A stretch of 64,000 nucleotides of DNA from Bigelowiella natans CCMP2755 (Eukaryota > Protista > Cercozoa): NCBI GenBank assembly GCA_000320545.1, contig ADNK01000257.1, positions 39,918 through 103,917 of the forward strand, in the 5' to 3' direction. Below the pieces are notes generated by a model that did not search any database, was not told where the DNA came from, and saw only the letters and a program-made list of their open reading frames with translations. Positions 11,399 to 24,495 of the stretch are shown here, piece after piece. Made by a program: the position numbers and the translations under genes. The stretch's first letter is position 1, and each line of letters starts with the position of its first letter.

Positions 11399-11780
11399 TG
11401 GTGTCGCTTCACAAGGAGTGAGATGCTCCGCATTGCACGAGCATGTCGCATTGGTCAGTGGAACTGGACCTCATCACGTGATGAACACTCGTGGCTCGAG
11501 GGCATGGTCCTCTTTTTACGTCGTCTTGCATGCCCTTGTGAGTGGGACGAACTTGTTGAGACTTTCGGTAGAAGTCCTGGATCCACATCCCGGATTTTCA
11601 AAGACGTGCTCCTTCGCATGTTTCCATCGTGTGAGGACCAGATGTGCTTGCACAGAGATCATTTGATGAACAATCTGGAACGTTTTGCAGACGCAACCCG
11701 CCGCAAAGGTGGTGAATTCTCTCAGAGAGACACCGTTGGACACATCGACGGCACAATCAGAAAGTGTTGCAGACCGACAA
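11243..11780 (+). pseudogene. Truncated, mutated Harbinger (DDE_Tnp_4-like) transposase
   Basis: CRFTRSEM..LFLRRLACPCEWDELVETFGRSPGSTSRIF..RKGG..VGHIDGTIRKCCRP matches the N-terminal half of the family. The second D and E are not found, and the frame degenerates into low-complexity sequence after ~11780. Confidence 0.8.
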
Positions 11781-12883
11781 TTACAATTGGTGCACATGCG
11801 CATGTGTGGCATGGCGCGCGCAGTGTGTCGCACGCAGCGTGTGCCTCAACCGACGTGCACGTGCGCAGTGCATGTGCACATGCGCATGCGATGCATGCAA
11901 TCACAAGCTGGCGCGCGCCACGCGATGCCGTTGCAATGCACGTCGTCGCATCGCAATTCTCATGCACAACAATTGCAGCTAGAGCCAGAATTGCAGATTC
12001 AATTGGGGCCAGAATTGTGGCCAGAATTGTGGCCAGAATCATCGCTAGAATCATGGCCGTGATTGTTGAAACATCCCACATTGCCATGTGCATGCACGGC
12101 AATCTAGCAATGCAGCCGATGCAATGGACACAGTGACAGCATGCTCAACGTGTGCATGCATGCACATGCACATGCAAAAGGTTGCTCACAAGAACAAGGA
12201 AGGTCGCCCGAGTGGATGCAGTCTTGGCATCGGCATGGTGACAGCATGCACAGTGCGCACATGACACATGACATTGCATGTCCATGATGAGGAGGATCAT
12301 GAGGACAAAAACATGTGCAGAAACAAGCAAGCCAAGGCAATTGAGGAATCCAAGGAGTCCAACTTGCACGTTGTCTGCAATTGATTCGGGTTCAGTCCAC
12401 ATCACTCTCGGTTCATCATCAATCCTAGCTTCACGATGCTTTCCATCATCGTCTTCATTGCAGTGAGCATGTTTTGCTGCATGTCGAGCTGTTGGGGTTG
12501 GGGTGACATGCACAACAAAGAAATGTCAAATCCAGAAATGAAAATAGAAGACACAGAAAAATGGGACATTCATAAAAAAGAAACATCATGTGGAATTCAT
12601 AATATTTTCATAATTTTATTGGAATCGAATTGCTATTCTATAACTTTTCCATACTATGAATGTAAATCTAGATCATCTACGAATACAAACAAAATCAAAT
12701 ATCATTCTGAAAATTTGAGGATTGCATTGTTATCTACAAAAAATATGAATATGAATAAACATGAAATTATTTGTATAGCATATGTCATTCCAACTATTAG
12801 TTTATTACATAATCATTTTCATAACAAAAAAATAAATATACAACATTTAATGACAAAACAATAAAAAAATTTAACACAGATGA

Positions 12884-13435
12884 TCAAAGCATGTTAGAAG
12901 TTTTAGAAGATATATTTGAGTGCACTCTGTCTGTAGTCCATGCATGCACAAGGTCAGGGTGAGGGGGGTTGACCTGCAACTTGGCTTCATGCTCCCTGCG
13001 TTCCCGATCACGCACCGCATCAGCTGCAGCCTTTTTTTCCTCAAGCTTTGCCTTTTCATTGAATTCCCATCGTCTGTAATCATATTCTGCAGTCTTGTCA
13101 GTGAGAGAGAGCAACACTCTCTCTAGGAATCCCCGTTGTTTCTCTTGTTCTTCACGCTGGAATTCTCGTTCCGATGTGCGATTTTCCCGTTCGAACTCAG
13201 CTTCGTTTTTCATTGCATCTGCTATGGCACTGAGTCCTGCACCGAGCGAGCTCCTGCCCCCCCTGCCAATGGAAACCCTCCGAACCAAATGGTCATCGTT
13301 CCATCCTTTGCGTTCGAGATCTGATTCGATGCGCAGAGCAGGAATGGGAATAGGGTCTAGTCGCTGTCTCTTGTTGGCCACCGCCACCGCAGCCACTGCC
13401 ATCATCAGCATCTGCCGCCGCCTTTTCCTTCCCAT
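12884..13435 (-). CDS. Chimeric ORF: transposase N-terminus (from the inverted repeat) fused to a charged coiled-coil, probably the tail of the Harbinger accessory protein
   Basis: First ~52 aa nearly identical to the transposase start, then E/R/K-rich helix (AIADAMKNEAEFERENRTSEREFQREEQEKQR). Confidence 0.5.
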   Translation of the reverse strand: MGRKRRRQMLMMAVAAVAVANKRQRLDPIPIPALRIESDLERKGWNDDHLVRRVSIGRGGRSSLGAGLSAIADAMKNEAEFERENRTSEREFQREEQEKQRGFLERVLLSLTDKTAEYDYRRWEFNEKAKLEEKKAAADAVRDRERREHEAKLQVNPPHPDLVHAWTTDRVHSNISSKTSNML

Positions 13436-13632
13436 CAGGCGTGTGGTCACCCCCCAATCTTCCCGGGGGAGAAGGCAGTTCAAATCTGTCACCGAAAAAT
13501 AAACCACCTTCCCCGAAATTATGTTGGAAAAACTTGTCGAAACTTGCGAAAGCGTATGAGTTTACAAATTTCTACAAGTTGGCAATTCCGTTACTCCAAT
13601 AGTTGTTGTAAAAACTTTTGCGAAAACCGTCT
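13280..13632 (-). repeat. Right inverted repeat (353 bp)
   Basis: CCGAACCAAATGG...GCGAAAACCGTCT; see left copy. Confidence 0.93.
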
Positions 13633-14190
13633 AATGTTCTTCATGTCACTATCTCAGCCGTTGGTAAAACCGTAGGAATACACGTGTGTGTTTGAATGTA
13701 ACCTTAGTACACGTGCCAATGCGTAGTTGCACACTTTGCTCCTTGTAACAGATAACAAGCCCGTTTTTCAGGCGTCGGAATCCTTTAGAGTTTGTCGAAT
13801 TCCTTTTGGATTTCCAATAATTCCTCGTTGTCGCAGGTAGAAAATGGGACCAGTGTTGGACACTAGGAGAGTTTTTTTGCTGGAAACGTTCAGTTGTGCA
13901 GAGCTAAGGTAGAAACCGCTGATCTTAGCTTTGGCTCGATGTACTTGATAGGTTTTGTTGTCGCAGGCTAAAATACCCCCCATTACTAAACTTGAACGAA
14001 GATCATGTTCTATTCTGTGTTCTGGATTACCGCGCAGCAATGGGTGCTCACATATACGCCCTGGTTGATACAGAAGCCGAGGAGAAAAGAGGAAGAGGCC
14101 TTGGCACACAATTGTGTGATTCGTACAAATCCCAAACAACTCTTTCTATATTGTATTCGATATTTTGGGTGGTTTCCATCTTTGTGAAAA

Positions 14191-15526
14191 ATGTCCGCAG
14201 CAAATCCTGTGGAACTCTCAGACAGGAAGCTTCCTGACAGGTCACGGACTGGAGACCGTCAATCCTGGCACTTGGAAGATAACGCTAGGGTAGAGCCTGT
14301 TGTAGCCGGACTTACTATCACAAAAACATCCATCAATGGCGTGAACGAGCTGCTCAATCGACCATCTGTGAGTAAAATATCTGGCAGCAACACTCCGGTC
14401 CCAAGCTCCCCACAGCCATTCGTGAATAAAGGACGCTCTATCGAAACCGTGTACAGAAGGGACTCGTGCGACACAAGCAAACAACAAAGCATTTTCAGCC
14501 TCCTTGGAAGAGGGTTAAGTCGTATAAATAGCTTCAAGTTGTCAAATCGAAAGTGGAAGTACATCGCCATTTGCTCTGTACTTGTTTCCGTCCTTGCTAT
14601 CCTCGTGGCGACTTATGTCGTTTCGACTGATACTACTTCGGAAGTGGGTTACGACAACTCAGAAACAGACGCAAATGAAAACAATCCGCTACAAGCGTCG
14701 CTAGTGAAGGTTAAGCTCTCATTCTCAAATATTGTGGAAATCTGTTCATATTCTTGTTTTCGGACCAGAATGCCAAGCTCACATACACGTTTCCATCCGC
14801 CACTTACGAGGACCTTGACGATGCTGAAAAGGTCTGCAAATTCGATTAAACTAACTTCTTAAAAAGTAAACATATAGGTACAAAAGCGTTGCAACATGTT
14901 CCCACTTTGAGTGCAAACCTTTCGAATATATATATTTTCCAGACCCAGATAAGCTTAAAAATGAGAGACCTCGTAAGTTTTTAACCGTTTCGCTTTGACC
15001 TTTGATTTCTAGCAAACGATAAGGAGGACATCGTAATGAGGTGTTATGAACATTAAATAAGGTGAAAAAGGATACAGGCCTATCTGAAGACAATATTATC
15101 TCTCTTTCCATAATATCTGGATCTGTTATTGTGGAGGTAAATGTTCAATCTTAATTAAGAAACTGTCAAAATTTCTTGCTTATTTCTACTTTCATGCAGA
15201 TTCTATTGAAGGAGATCCCCGGAAGGACATCTCTTGAGGAGTAAGAACGAATGTCGAATCTGCGTTGCAATTATAACATAATAGTGAAATTTTAACAGGG
15301 CCGTTGTAGCGCTTTGGAACTCATTCGAACAAGAACCACCATCAATTTCCGTTGGGGGTCAGGAAGTATCTGCTGAAGGAGGTGAGAAATGGTTGTTCAC
15401 ACGAAGATAGTATATATGCTGAAGGAGGTGGGAAATGGTTCACACGAAGATAGAGTATATAAGATTTCAATTATTCTCATGTTGGTATTACTACAGCAAT
15501 ATTTTTAAATTATATGTGTATATATA

Positions 15527-15582
<56 letters not shown>

Positions 15583-15585
15583 GTA

Positions 15586-15631
<46 letters not shown>

Positions 15632-18600
15632 TGCGTGTGTGTGTGTGTGTGTGTGTTTGATTAGATTTAGTTTAAAAAATATCACCCGAACATTAGCTAC
15701 TCATTAAATTGGCACCTGCACTCATTGGTAAAATCTCTGCGCCCTGTTGTGCATCTAAATGCCATAGGTTTGGGAGTTGATTTTCTTGGACCTACTGCCT
15801 CTCCAACGGTAACTCCGCCCAGCCACTCTCCCACAGGACCACCGACGTTTTACCCATCGCCTTATCCAACTCACGACCCCACGAAAGAGCCAACGCCATA
15901 TCCGACAATGGCAGTTCCTACGACGGCCTCTCCTAGTAATTCTGGAGCGACTTTGTCACCCACCAGCTCTCCGATCATAGTCACAGATGGCCCGACTATG
16001 CGTCCTACACACTATCCTACTCCGTATAGAACACCGTATCCTTCAGAGTCTCCGGTCAATGCACCAACGCCCGATCCCACCTGGTTTCCTACCGTCTATC
16101 CTTCCCCAGATCCAACAGCATACCCGTCTGCCTCACCGACTCCCCCCCCCTCAGATTTCCCAACAAAGAGCCCTACCGAGTACCCATCGGCCGCGCCAAC
16201 ACACAACGTTGTTTTGCTTAATGCTGATGATAAGGCGCTGCAACAAAATGACACAAACGTTTTCAGAGACTCTTCCTCATCCTCCTCCTCCTCCTCCTCC
16301 TCCTCCTCCTCCTTTTCTCACTCTTCTCCTGTATACTTGCAATCTTGCCGCCGCGACACCTGGGAGAGCATGCCCAGCTGGGCAAGAATTCCGAAATATA
16401 AGACCGACAAGAGTTTGAACACAACTTCGCTTATTCAAAATATGAATGGCTATAGAGCTCAGATCCCAAGAATGGGTATTATTTGGACGTACAACAAACA
16501 GGTGGATTGTCCCTACAAAGAGAGTGGCTTGAAGGTGCATCGAATTTCATTTTGCTGTCATGAGAGTGGAACCTCAACGTCTTTTGATTCTCAGAATTGG
16601 CACAATAGGAAAACATGGGGGGGGGAACTCCCAGCAAGAAACGAGGATGTGACGATCCCAAGAAAAACAAAGGTTATATTGAAGGTTCCCTTGTTCATAT
16701 ATATGTTGATATTGTTAAGTATTCACTTCGGAACTCGTATTTGCCAACATGATATAGATACAGATTCTCAGTGCTTCCAGTTGTCAAAGCCTTGCTGATA
16801 CTCTGGATATATTACTATTCATTTCCTCTACAGGTTCTAATCAGCTCTTGCTCTTTATTGGATAGCTATGGGAAGATTATCATCCCAGAGGATTCTGAGC
16901 TCATATTCAGTGACGCGCCAATCAATTTGCGAACAAAAGGCATTGATGTACATGGAAAGCTGAGAATCGGTGGAGAGAATTGTCGCATTCGGAACAAGAT
17001 AACCATCACCCTGTACGGGTCTCGCTCCGGTAGAGACGAAAAGGGCATTATTGCTTTCAACGGATCAACACTAGACATGCATGGGATGATGTATCAGCCT
17101 AGCTGGGCGGCTCTGGCAAAGACCGCAAACAAAGGCCAAAAGGTTGTGTGGCTTCAACGCTGCGTTGGATGGAAGAAGGGCACCGAAGTCGTACTTACTA
17201 CCACCGAGTTTAAAGACTTCCGAGGCCACAACTTCAACGAGAAGGCTGTGATTGCAAAGAACCAATGCAAGGGCGAAAGGGTGAATGGAAAGCTGCTCAA
17301 ATTCGGAAGGATCGTTTTGAAAACTAAACTCAAATACGGACACTACGCGGCGAAGGACGAGTATCAAGCTGAAATGGCCGTTCTCTCCAGGCAGATTCTG
17401 ATCCAAGGGGACTCCGAGGACTCCCTACCCACTGACACAGAAAAGCCTGTTTGTAACAAGGGCGATTTCGGACAGCGAATGCACAACGAGTTTCCGTGTA
17501 AATCAACACACCTTACAGGTTACGGTGGACATGTGCGGGTCGAAGGTAACGCTGTCGGGCGCATTTCTTCAGTTGAATTCTTCCGTATGGGACAGACCAA
17601 TATCAAGGCGAAGTACCCGCTACACTTCCATAGGATGAGAGACGCTGGAAGGTCGTCGTATGCAACGGATAATGCAATTCACCAGTCGTTCTACCGCTGC
17701 ATAGTCATCCACGGAACCAACTATCTCACGGTGTCGCGCAATGTAGCATTCGATGCCATCGGGCAGTGTTTCTACATGGAGGGCGGTAATGAGGAGTACA
17801 ACACTATCTCCTACAATCTCGCCGCGCATATCCATCCAATTGGCCTTCCTCCGATGTTCAACAAGCAGGAGTTTGAGGACGTGTTTGAGACGAGCTCCCT
17901 GAGGCAACCTGCCGATATATCCGCCTCTCCCTTCTACATCACAAACCTGCAAAACGAGATCGTTGGCAATTCTGCGGTGGGAGGCTGGTCCTCCTATGCC
18001 GTTCCAACGCTCCCAAACGTGATTGGGCAAGATCGTGTGAGAGACAAGAATGTCAAGCCGTACAAGCGAGCCACCTTATTGTTTGACGGGAATATGGGCC
18101 GATCTAGCGGATATTGGAGTAAGTTAGGAGGCTGTATGTATATCGGTGGGTTCCTAGAGGAGAGGGAGAGTGACAGGAAGCTAGTGTACAATGGAGGGAG
18201 GAATATGATACCGAAGAGCATCAATGGAGGGAAGCGCGCTTCTCGTGATCCTGAGGACGAGAACGGTAAAAATATCTTCAACTACTACTCCAATATAAAA
18301 CTCGCACTATGCAGTGTTGGGGCTACTGATTGGAATTTGCGTGGTCATTGGAGCAACATCGATATCTACGATCAGTTGGATCGATCCTTCAACGTATTTG
18401 GCGAGGTGAGCTTTACTTCTACATCCGTAACGTGCCGCACCCAAAATGGTAATAGCCTCCAGAACGTGTCGGCACAGGGACTGACAAACTTTGAGAAGCG
18501 GTGGGGCTCCAAGGACTACATGGCCTTTCGCATGTACGACACTAACCAGAAACATCTTATCGACGATATGCAAATCAGGAATTGCAACCCCAAAAGCAAT

Positions 18601-19713
18601 CCAATCAAAAAGAAAAAAGCTCGCATCTGGGCAATTCCGCTCGGTTCCAGCATCCAGCAGTTCCAAACCATCATTACGAACATCACCTACGTGGATCCGG
18701 TTTGGCCAAATGCCCTCGTTGCGTGGACAGTTGCTAAAAAGTCTCGGTTCGGCATCTACTTCCTCAATTTTCTCGATGCCGATGGCTCAGCGACACTCCG
18801 CGGAAGTCCAACGATAGTAGGCCCCACAGGCCAGGTAGAGCCGAATAAACTGGGGGTTGTGAACAAAGACCCGAACCTGTGGTGGAAAACAACGCGGAGC
18901 AATACGAAGGGCTGCGACTGGAGACCCAACTACTACCTGCCTGTTTATCTGTGCGATATGAACGACCACTTCATTGCTTCAGTCGAGCTCTTTGTCGGAA
19001 AGAAGAACCTGCACGCAGAATCAATGTGGGATGATCATATTGGCTACGCTGCGCATTGGGGGGACAATGACCTCCTAAAGGATGGAGTTCCACTAAGTGG
19101 CGATCCGCAGATTGTCGGGCCTTTCGAGCACACCCAAGAGGGAGGGTGGTTCGTGCAGTACAACGGGGGAGCGCCGAAGGTACTGGAGATTATGAACATC
19201 CAAGTTCCGCATGATAAGACCCTAATGCTGGCGATTTCCTATCCTAAAAGCACCACATTCACAGTGATTGGATGCAGGGGCAGAAACAATAAATGTGAGG
19301 AGAATACGCGGACTACTGGGAAGAAGAAGAAGTTGACACGGGTCGGCAGCATCGCTAAAGTAAGAAAAGGACGAGGGTGCAACTACTACTTCGACAGCGA
19401 AACAGGGTATCTTTACATTCGGCTCGTGGCAGTGAATCAACGAACAGTAAATGCGCTGTGGGATAAGATGTCAGGAGAAGATTTCAATTACCATTATGAC
19501 AAGAACACGGGGGAGTATGGGCCGGAAAAGACGACAACCTTCAATGTAAATGGAGGGAAATATGGCATTCCTCACAGAAGTGGTATGAACTACTTTATAT
19601 CAATTCAAGCAAGCTGCTCTTCAAAGGATGGAAACTTCTGCAGCGCTGATCCTATGACGAGAATCCCACCAAAGATGGCGTGCGGAGAGGCCAAGACAAT
19701 CTCCGGTTGTTAA
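14191..19713 (+). CDS. Type II membrane G8-domain / parallel beta-helix protein (TMEM2/CEMIP/fibrocystin-like), multi-exon
   Basis: TM helix YIAICSVLVSVLAILVATYVV, P/T/S-rich stalk (15790-16200), G8 (IIIPEDSELIF..IDVHGKLRIG..ITITLYG), GGHV..EFFRMGQ..KYPLHFH..IHGTN..FYMEGGNE beta-helix motifs in the long 3' exon. Confidence 0.88.
15519..15655 (+). repeat. Compound intronic microsatellite (TA)n-(GA)n-(GT)n, representative of dozens in the window
   Basis: Visible; similar tracts at 24446-24495, 26905-26980, 29717-29810, 34190-34270, 42060-42145, 56765-56850, 63568-63638. Confidence 0.95.
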
Positions 19714-20745
19714 ACCGATTCTAGACACCTCTGATAAATATTTGTTTGAATTCTCATCAAATTGGTGACAGATAAGCTCCAAAATTGGCAAATATATATA
19801 AAGCATTTGACATTCTAACCTACGATAGTTTTGTTGCTGTGGAACATAGTTTCTTCGACGGAGTGACAGTTGAGCCACATGTTCATATTTTTTCAAATAT
19901 CTAAAACACATGTAGTGCGTTATTTCTATTAATAATACAATCCTAATGTGGCCAATATATGAAGAGTAACCATACCTAACCCCATTTCATAATAAATAGT
20001 AATAATGGCTTGGAATTATTACGAATTACTCTTTTGAACAATATGTGCGCTGTGTTCACATATGCACACACTAGCCACCCTTCATGCCGATACGCAGCGC
20101 TTTAATGGCTTAGCACGCAGTCATAACAAAAGTAGCATTGTGTGGTGCAGTGCATCCATGGCGTGAAATCAACAAGCACGTTCATATGCTCCAGCTGCAT
20201 GCATGTTACACATATAAACATGGAAACAATATGCAAGTGTGACCACATGCAAATATAGATCAAAGCTCTTCAGTATATTATAAATAGATAAACTGGTATA
20301 CGATACATGCAACATCGATGTGTGTGTGTGTGTGTGTGTGCGCGGTGTTGCGTGTAGTTTCAGCATTTGGTACAGCAAGCGTGGACGCGTGGCTCTGGAG
20401 GTCCGTATTTACTAGATATAGCCCCAGCAGTTTTACAACGAATTTTGGTTTGGTGCTTTACCATACTGATAATAACAAGATGTCGTATCGTACGACCTCC
20501 TACCCATGTCGTATGATGCGCTGCAGCTCCTCCTTTGTTACGACTGCATATACCCTCTTTTAACACATTACTATTCACAATAACATACTATATACAATTT
20601 TAGAAATTCGTTGCAGAATAAGCTCAATGGCCAAGCTGTTGTTCAGTCAATCGTATCTGCTATACCGCGTGGCTTTTATCACCCAAAACTACCTATCATG
20701 TTTGATAAGAAGTTGCTGGTTCATTCAGTAGAAGTTGTAGTAGTA

Positions 20746-20871
20746 TCAGTAGCTGACGGAGTTGAGATAGTGAAGTCGCACCTGGATTACGAGTAGCAAT
20801 AAGGCATGATGATGCATGAGAGCATGCTCCTTTTCTCTCAAATCTTTATGCAAATACTATGTGCGTGTGTT

Positions 20872-20910
<39 letters not shown>

Positions 20911-20981
20911 TAAAAAAACAATTACCCGCACGCAATCGTCATCATCCTCTTCAACAGGACTCACTAGTATGATGATGGCAT

Positions 20982-21015
<34 letters not shown>

Positions 21016-21773
21016 ACATAAGGATTGTATCCCGACAAAAAAGTAGAACAAAAGGCAAGGTATATACCCGCACCAAGAAATATGAAATGATAAGATGTCA
21101 TATTTGGCAGCTGCAGCAGCAGCACCTTGGATATCGATGCAGGATATTGAAGTATTTAACAGAGCGAAGGAGCAGTTGGCCTAAGTGTGTTATAGTGCGT
21201 GAGTGTGTGAGCGAGTGTGTTCAATGTAGTAGCACACAATAAGAGGACTATTAGTATTGATGGTTATGGTTGGCATCAAAAAAGGGAGATCAATAGCACC
21301 TGCGTCAGAGATCGGATTAAAGCAGAGAGAAAGCTTCCATGCGAAATCACCGCTATCGTTGTGTCTTCTTCTATCTGACCAGCCATGTAAAACAGCCTTT
21401 TTTTGCTTGAAATGGCACGCTCAATCTGGTGAGAATATCCGGGATAAAAAGACAAATCAAGGCTTTAGTCACTTCTTTTCAGAATCTTCATCATCTTCTT
21501 CTTATATACTCATTGATGTGTCAGTTGGTATTGCCGTGTTCTGTTGTCCATCACTGCTATCTCACGAAGAAGAGATACGACGACATCATAACTCATCAAG
21601 TGATAACAATAATCAACACGCACGTGCTCACTGACAAAGAAGCACTACTACCATCTGATCGTAGGTCTCCACGCCTCCCCTCCACCATCCATTGGTGCTC
21701 ACACCAGACTTCTCAGCGACGTTATAACCAGAGAATTCCACCAATATCTGGTCTCGGGTCAGCCCGCGCTGAG

Positions 21774-21807
<34 letters not shown>

Positions 21808-22473
21808 TATTTATAAGTTTTCGGAGCAACATTCCTACTTTGTGCGCCCTGCCGACATCGATCGAAAACCCACAAAAAACGCTGCACAGATCCCCATTGA
21901 ATGGGCGCGCACCACTGATTTCTGTTAGCACGCAATAATCGCAGCTGCTACTGCTGCGTCCAAATACGTGTAGAGCGTAGTATCCGAAGAGCAGTTGATA
22001 CTACGCTATACAGCGTATGGAGGGCCTCCTTCTTCTTCTTCTTCTTCTTCTTCTTCTTCTTCTTCTTTTTGGTTGGTTAGTAGCTGCTGCAGACAGTTAT
22101 CATTCGGCTAAAGAAAGAGGTGGTGATGAGCTACGTACCAGAACGCCCTTGTTCATATGAAACACGCCGCCAGTCTCATGGATGCTTGGCCACACCTAGC
22201 AGTTGAGTACTGTTTGGTGGAATGATCTCAACGATGATGCTGTCCGCAATCATGGTATAGTATCTAGCACCTACTACTGCTACCTCAGTTGGGATCTTCA
22301 TTCGTCTATGAATAGGAGAGGCAGTTTGCAGAGCCCTATCAGAGGATGATAATGATAGTGTGAGGCCATATTTGCGTGTTGTAGGCGCTGTCGTCACTTC
22401 TTCAGACATCATTGTATTTTGTGCAGCTATCGACAGTAGTTCAAATGGGGAAGGGAGCACACCGAGCCATAAC

Positions 22474-22511
<38 letters not shown>

Positions 22512-23094
22512 TCACCGGTACATGGCTGAGGTGTACACACGCTTGATCCCGGTCTTTCTACCCGCGAAATCATACAATTGGGGGTTTTGCCTGTTGTCAT
22601 TGGGATCGAAGGGAAAGTAAAGGAGGAGGCCGCTACTGTATATCGCATTATCTACTACTGTAAACTGTGTGATGTGAAGTGCAAGTTCTAGTAAAGACAT
22701 TTGTACTACTTACTCCAGGCGTGTAGCAAGATCTTCGGCTTGGATCCAGCCCTCCTCTGCATACATTACACCATTATCTCAGTACAGCGACGACTCAAAG
22801 AAGCAGGATCTTCGGAACATTTGACATTTCCAGGGCATTGCACGATTCTTAGGCGAAGCATGCTCTCGAGTTGTTTACCTGTGAGAGGGGGGTCAGGGTA
22901 CCGATCATAGTCCCAGAAATCCTGTCTGTCCGAGCTGCAGAGCTACAATAATAACGATGATCATCGGGCAGTAAAGATATCACCAAAAAGAGTGAGGTCA
23001 TCAATAACGCTTTATTCGCATGCTCACATGACCATTCTGTCTGAGTCCACTAAACATTAGCACCATGAGAGATTCAGTGCGCTACAACACGCTC

Positions 23095-23128
<34 letters not shown>

Positions 23129-23591
23129 CGATGAGGTAATCTACCTCTCGATACAGCCTATTGTTCTCTGATTCTGCATGCCTGATAAACAGTACTCGCA
23201 ATATTCCACCGTCTTTCTCTCCCTTCATGCCCGAGTGTTTATATCCACGTCTTCCACCCTCAACAGTTCTTTGGGAAGAGAGCATTCTAGTCTTCCCAAG
23301 AAGGGGGGCCCGAGTGCTTTTAAGGTGATGCTGGCAACTTACCTTCGCTTGTTGGTATAAGAACCGGTGCTCTGTAGATGTACCTGAATGACGGGAGAAA
23401 TACATAAGATATAGACAGGTGTCATATGTATCGCATGGATCTTTTCTCTTACCTAGTCTACATGAGGCAGTGAGACCTCTCGTCGTTCGTCTCAAAGATT
23501 GCCGCTCCCCGCTTGCCCTGCCCCGCAAAAGGGAGGCACTGCACTTCAACGTTCGCGTTGTTTTTGCGGACAAACAACTTAGCTTCATCAA
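20746..23591 (-). CDS. Histidine phosphatase superfamily (phosphoglycerate-mutase-like) protein, multi-exon; ends approximate
   Basis: Exonic motifs in order: LFIRHAESENN (~23180), DPPLT..WIQAEDLA, IYSS, RALQTASPI, IAVISHGSFLSAL (~21345), LNTSISCIDI, LHYLNSV. Confidence 0.8.
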
Positions 23592-24328
23592 CTATGTCTA
23601 TACAATGTAGTTATAGGAGGATATATTAGACGAGAACTCCTCTGATAGGGATCCAACTCGCCACCACAAATCATCACGTAGCACTCGACGGCTAGATTTC
23701 AGACGGTAGAAAGGCGACCTAGCCCGCCAATTGGAATGGCCATTCAGCAAATATTCTCGGGTATAAAACCAATGGTGAAAGCATAGGTGTTACCTTTCGC
23801 TTCGAACTAGTTTGGTCTGAGTATAGGTGGTGTGGGGCGCCTACGTGGCGACACCATTCGGAATGTTAGAGCAGCAGCAGCGCCTAATTATTGGAATTTT
23901 TATTTTTATTTTTACAAAAACGCAGGGGATTTTATGCTATCTCATCCATATTTGCTACGGTTGGGCTTGATCTAGATATTTTTAAAAGTCACATCCTTGG
24001 ATGATATTCCATTTACGATAAAGTAGGCATAAAATGTTGACACATAAAAACGCATGATATTTAATCTCTACGACATGGAATATAGTCGATCGAAAACAAT
24101 TTGAGTTACATCGTCGGAGAAACTTCCGAGAAAATGCCTCGTGCAGTGGTCGAGAGCAGGAGTTGAATTGTGACGACGATGGCGGACAACAGTCAGGTGC
24201 TCCGCTGCGAGAACTGGCGAGATTAAAAAACACTCAAGTCACGATGTGAATACAGTAGCAATTTTTTTAATGGTGAATGCCTCCTGCCGTTTTTCCATGA
24301 AAGGCAAAGGATGTAGAGAAGCGGAAAG

Positions 24329-24441
24329 ATGGTGCAGAGAGCGACGCAACAATCAGTATCGGCACCAAGGTATACACGTTCTACAACTGATTTCTCGTTA
24401 ATTAACGATCATATCTCAATTACACACACATACACAGACAC

Positions 24442-24495
<54 letters not shown>

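Larger units (their letters stand above)
11064..13632 (+). mobile_element. Defective PIF/Harbinger-like DNA transposon with very long inverted ends
   Basis: Inverted repeats 11064-11398 / 13280-13632; 3-bp TSD AAT (11061-11063, 13633-13635; a TA 2-bp reading is also possible); 5' half of a DDE_Tnp_4-type transposase inside. Confidence 0.85.
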
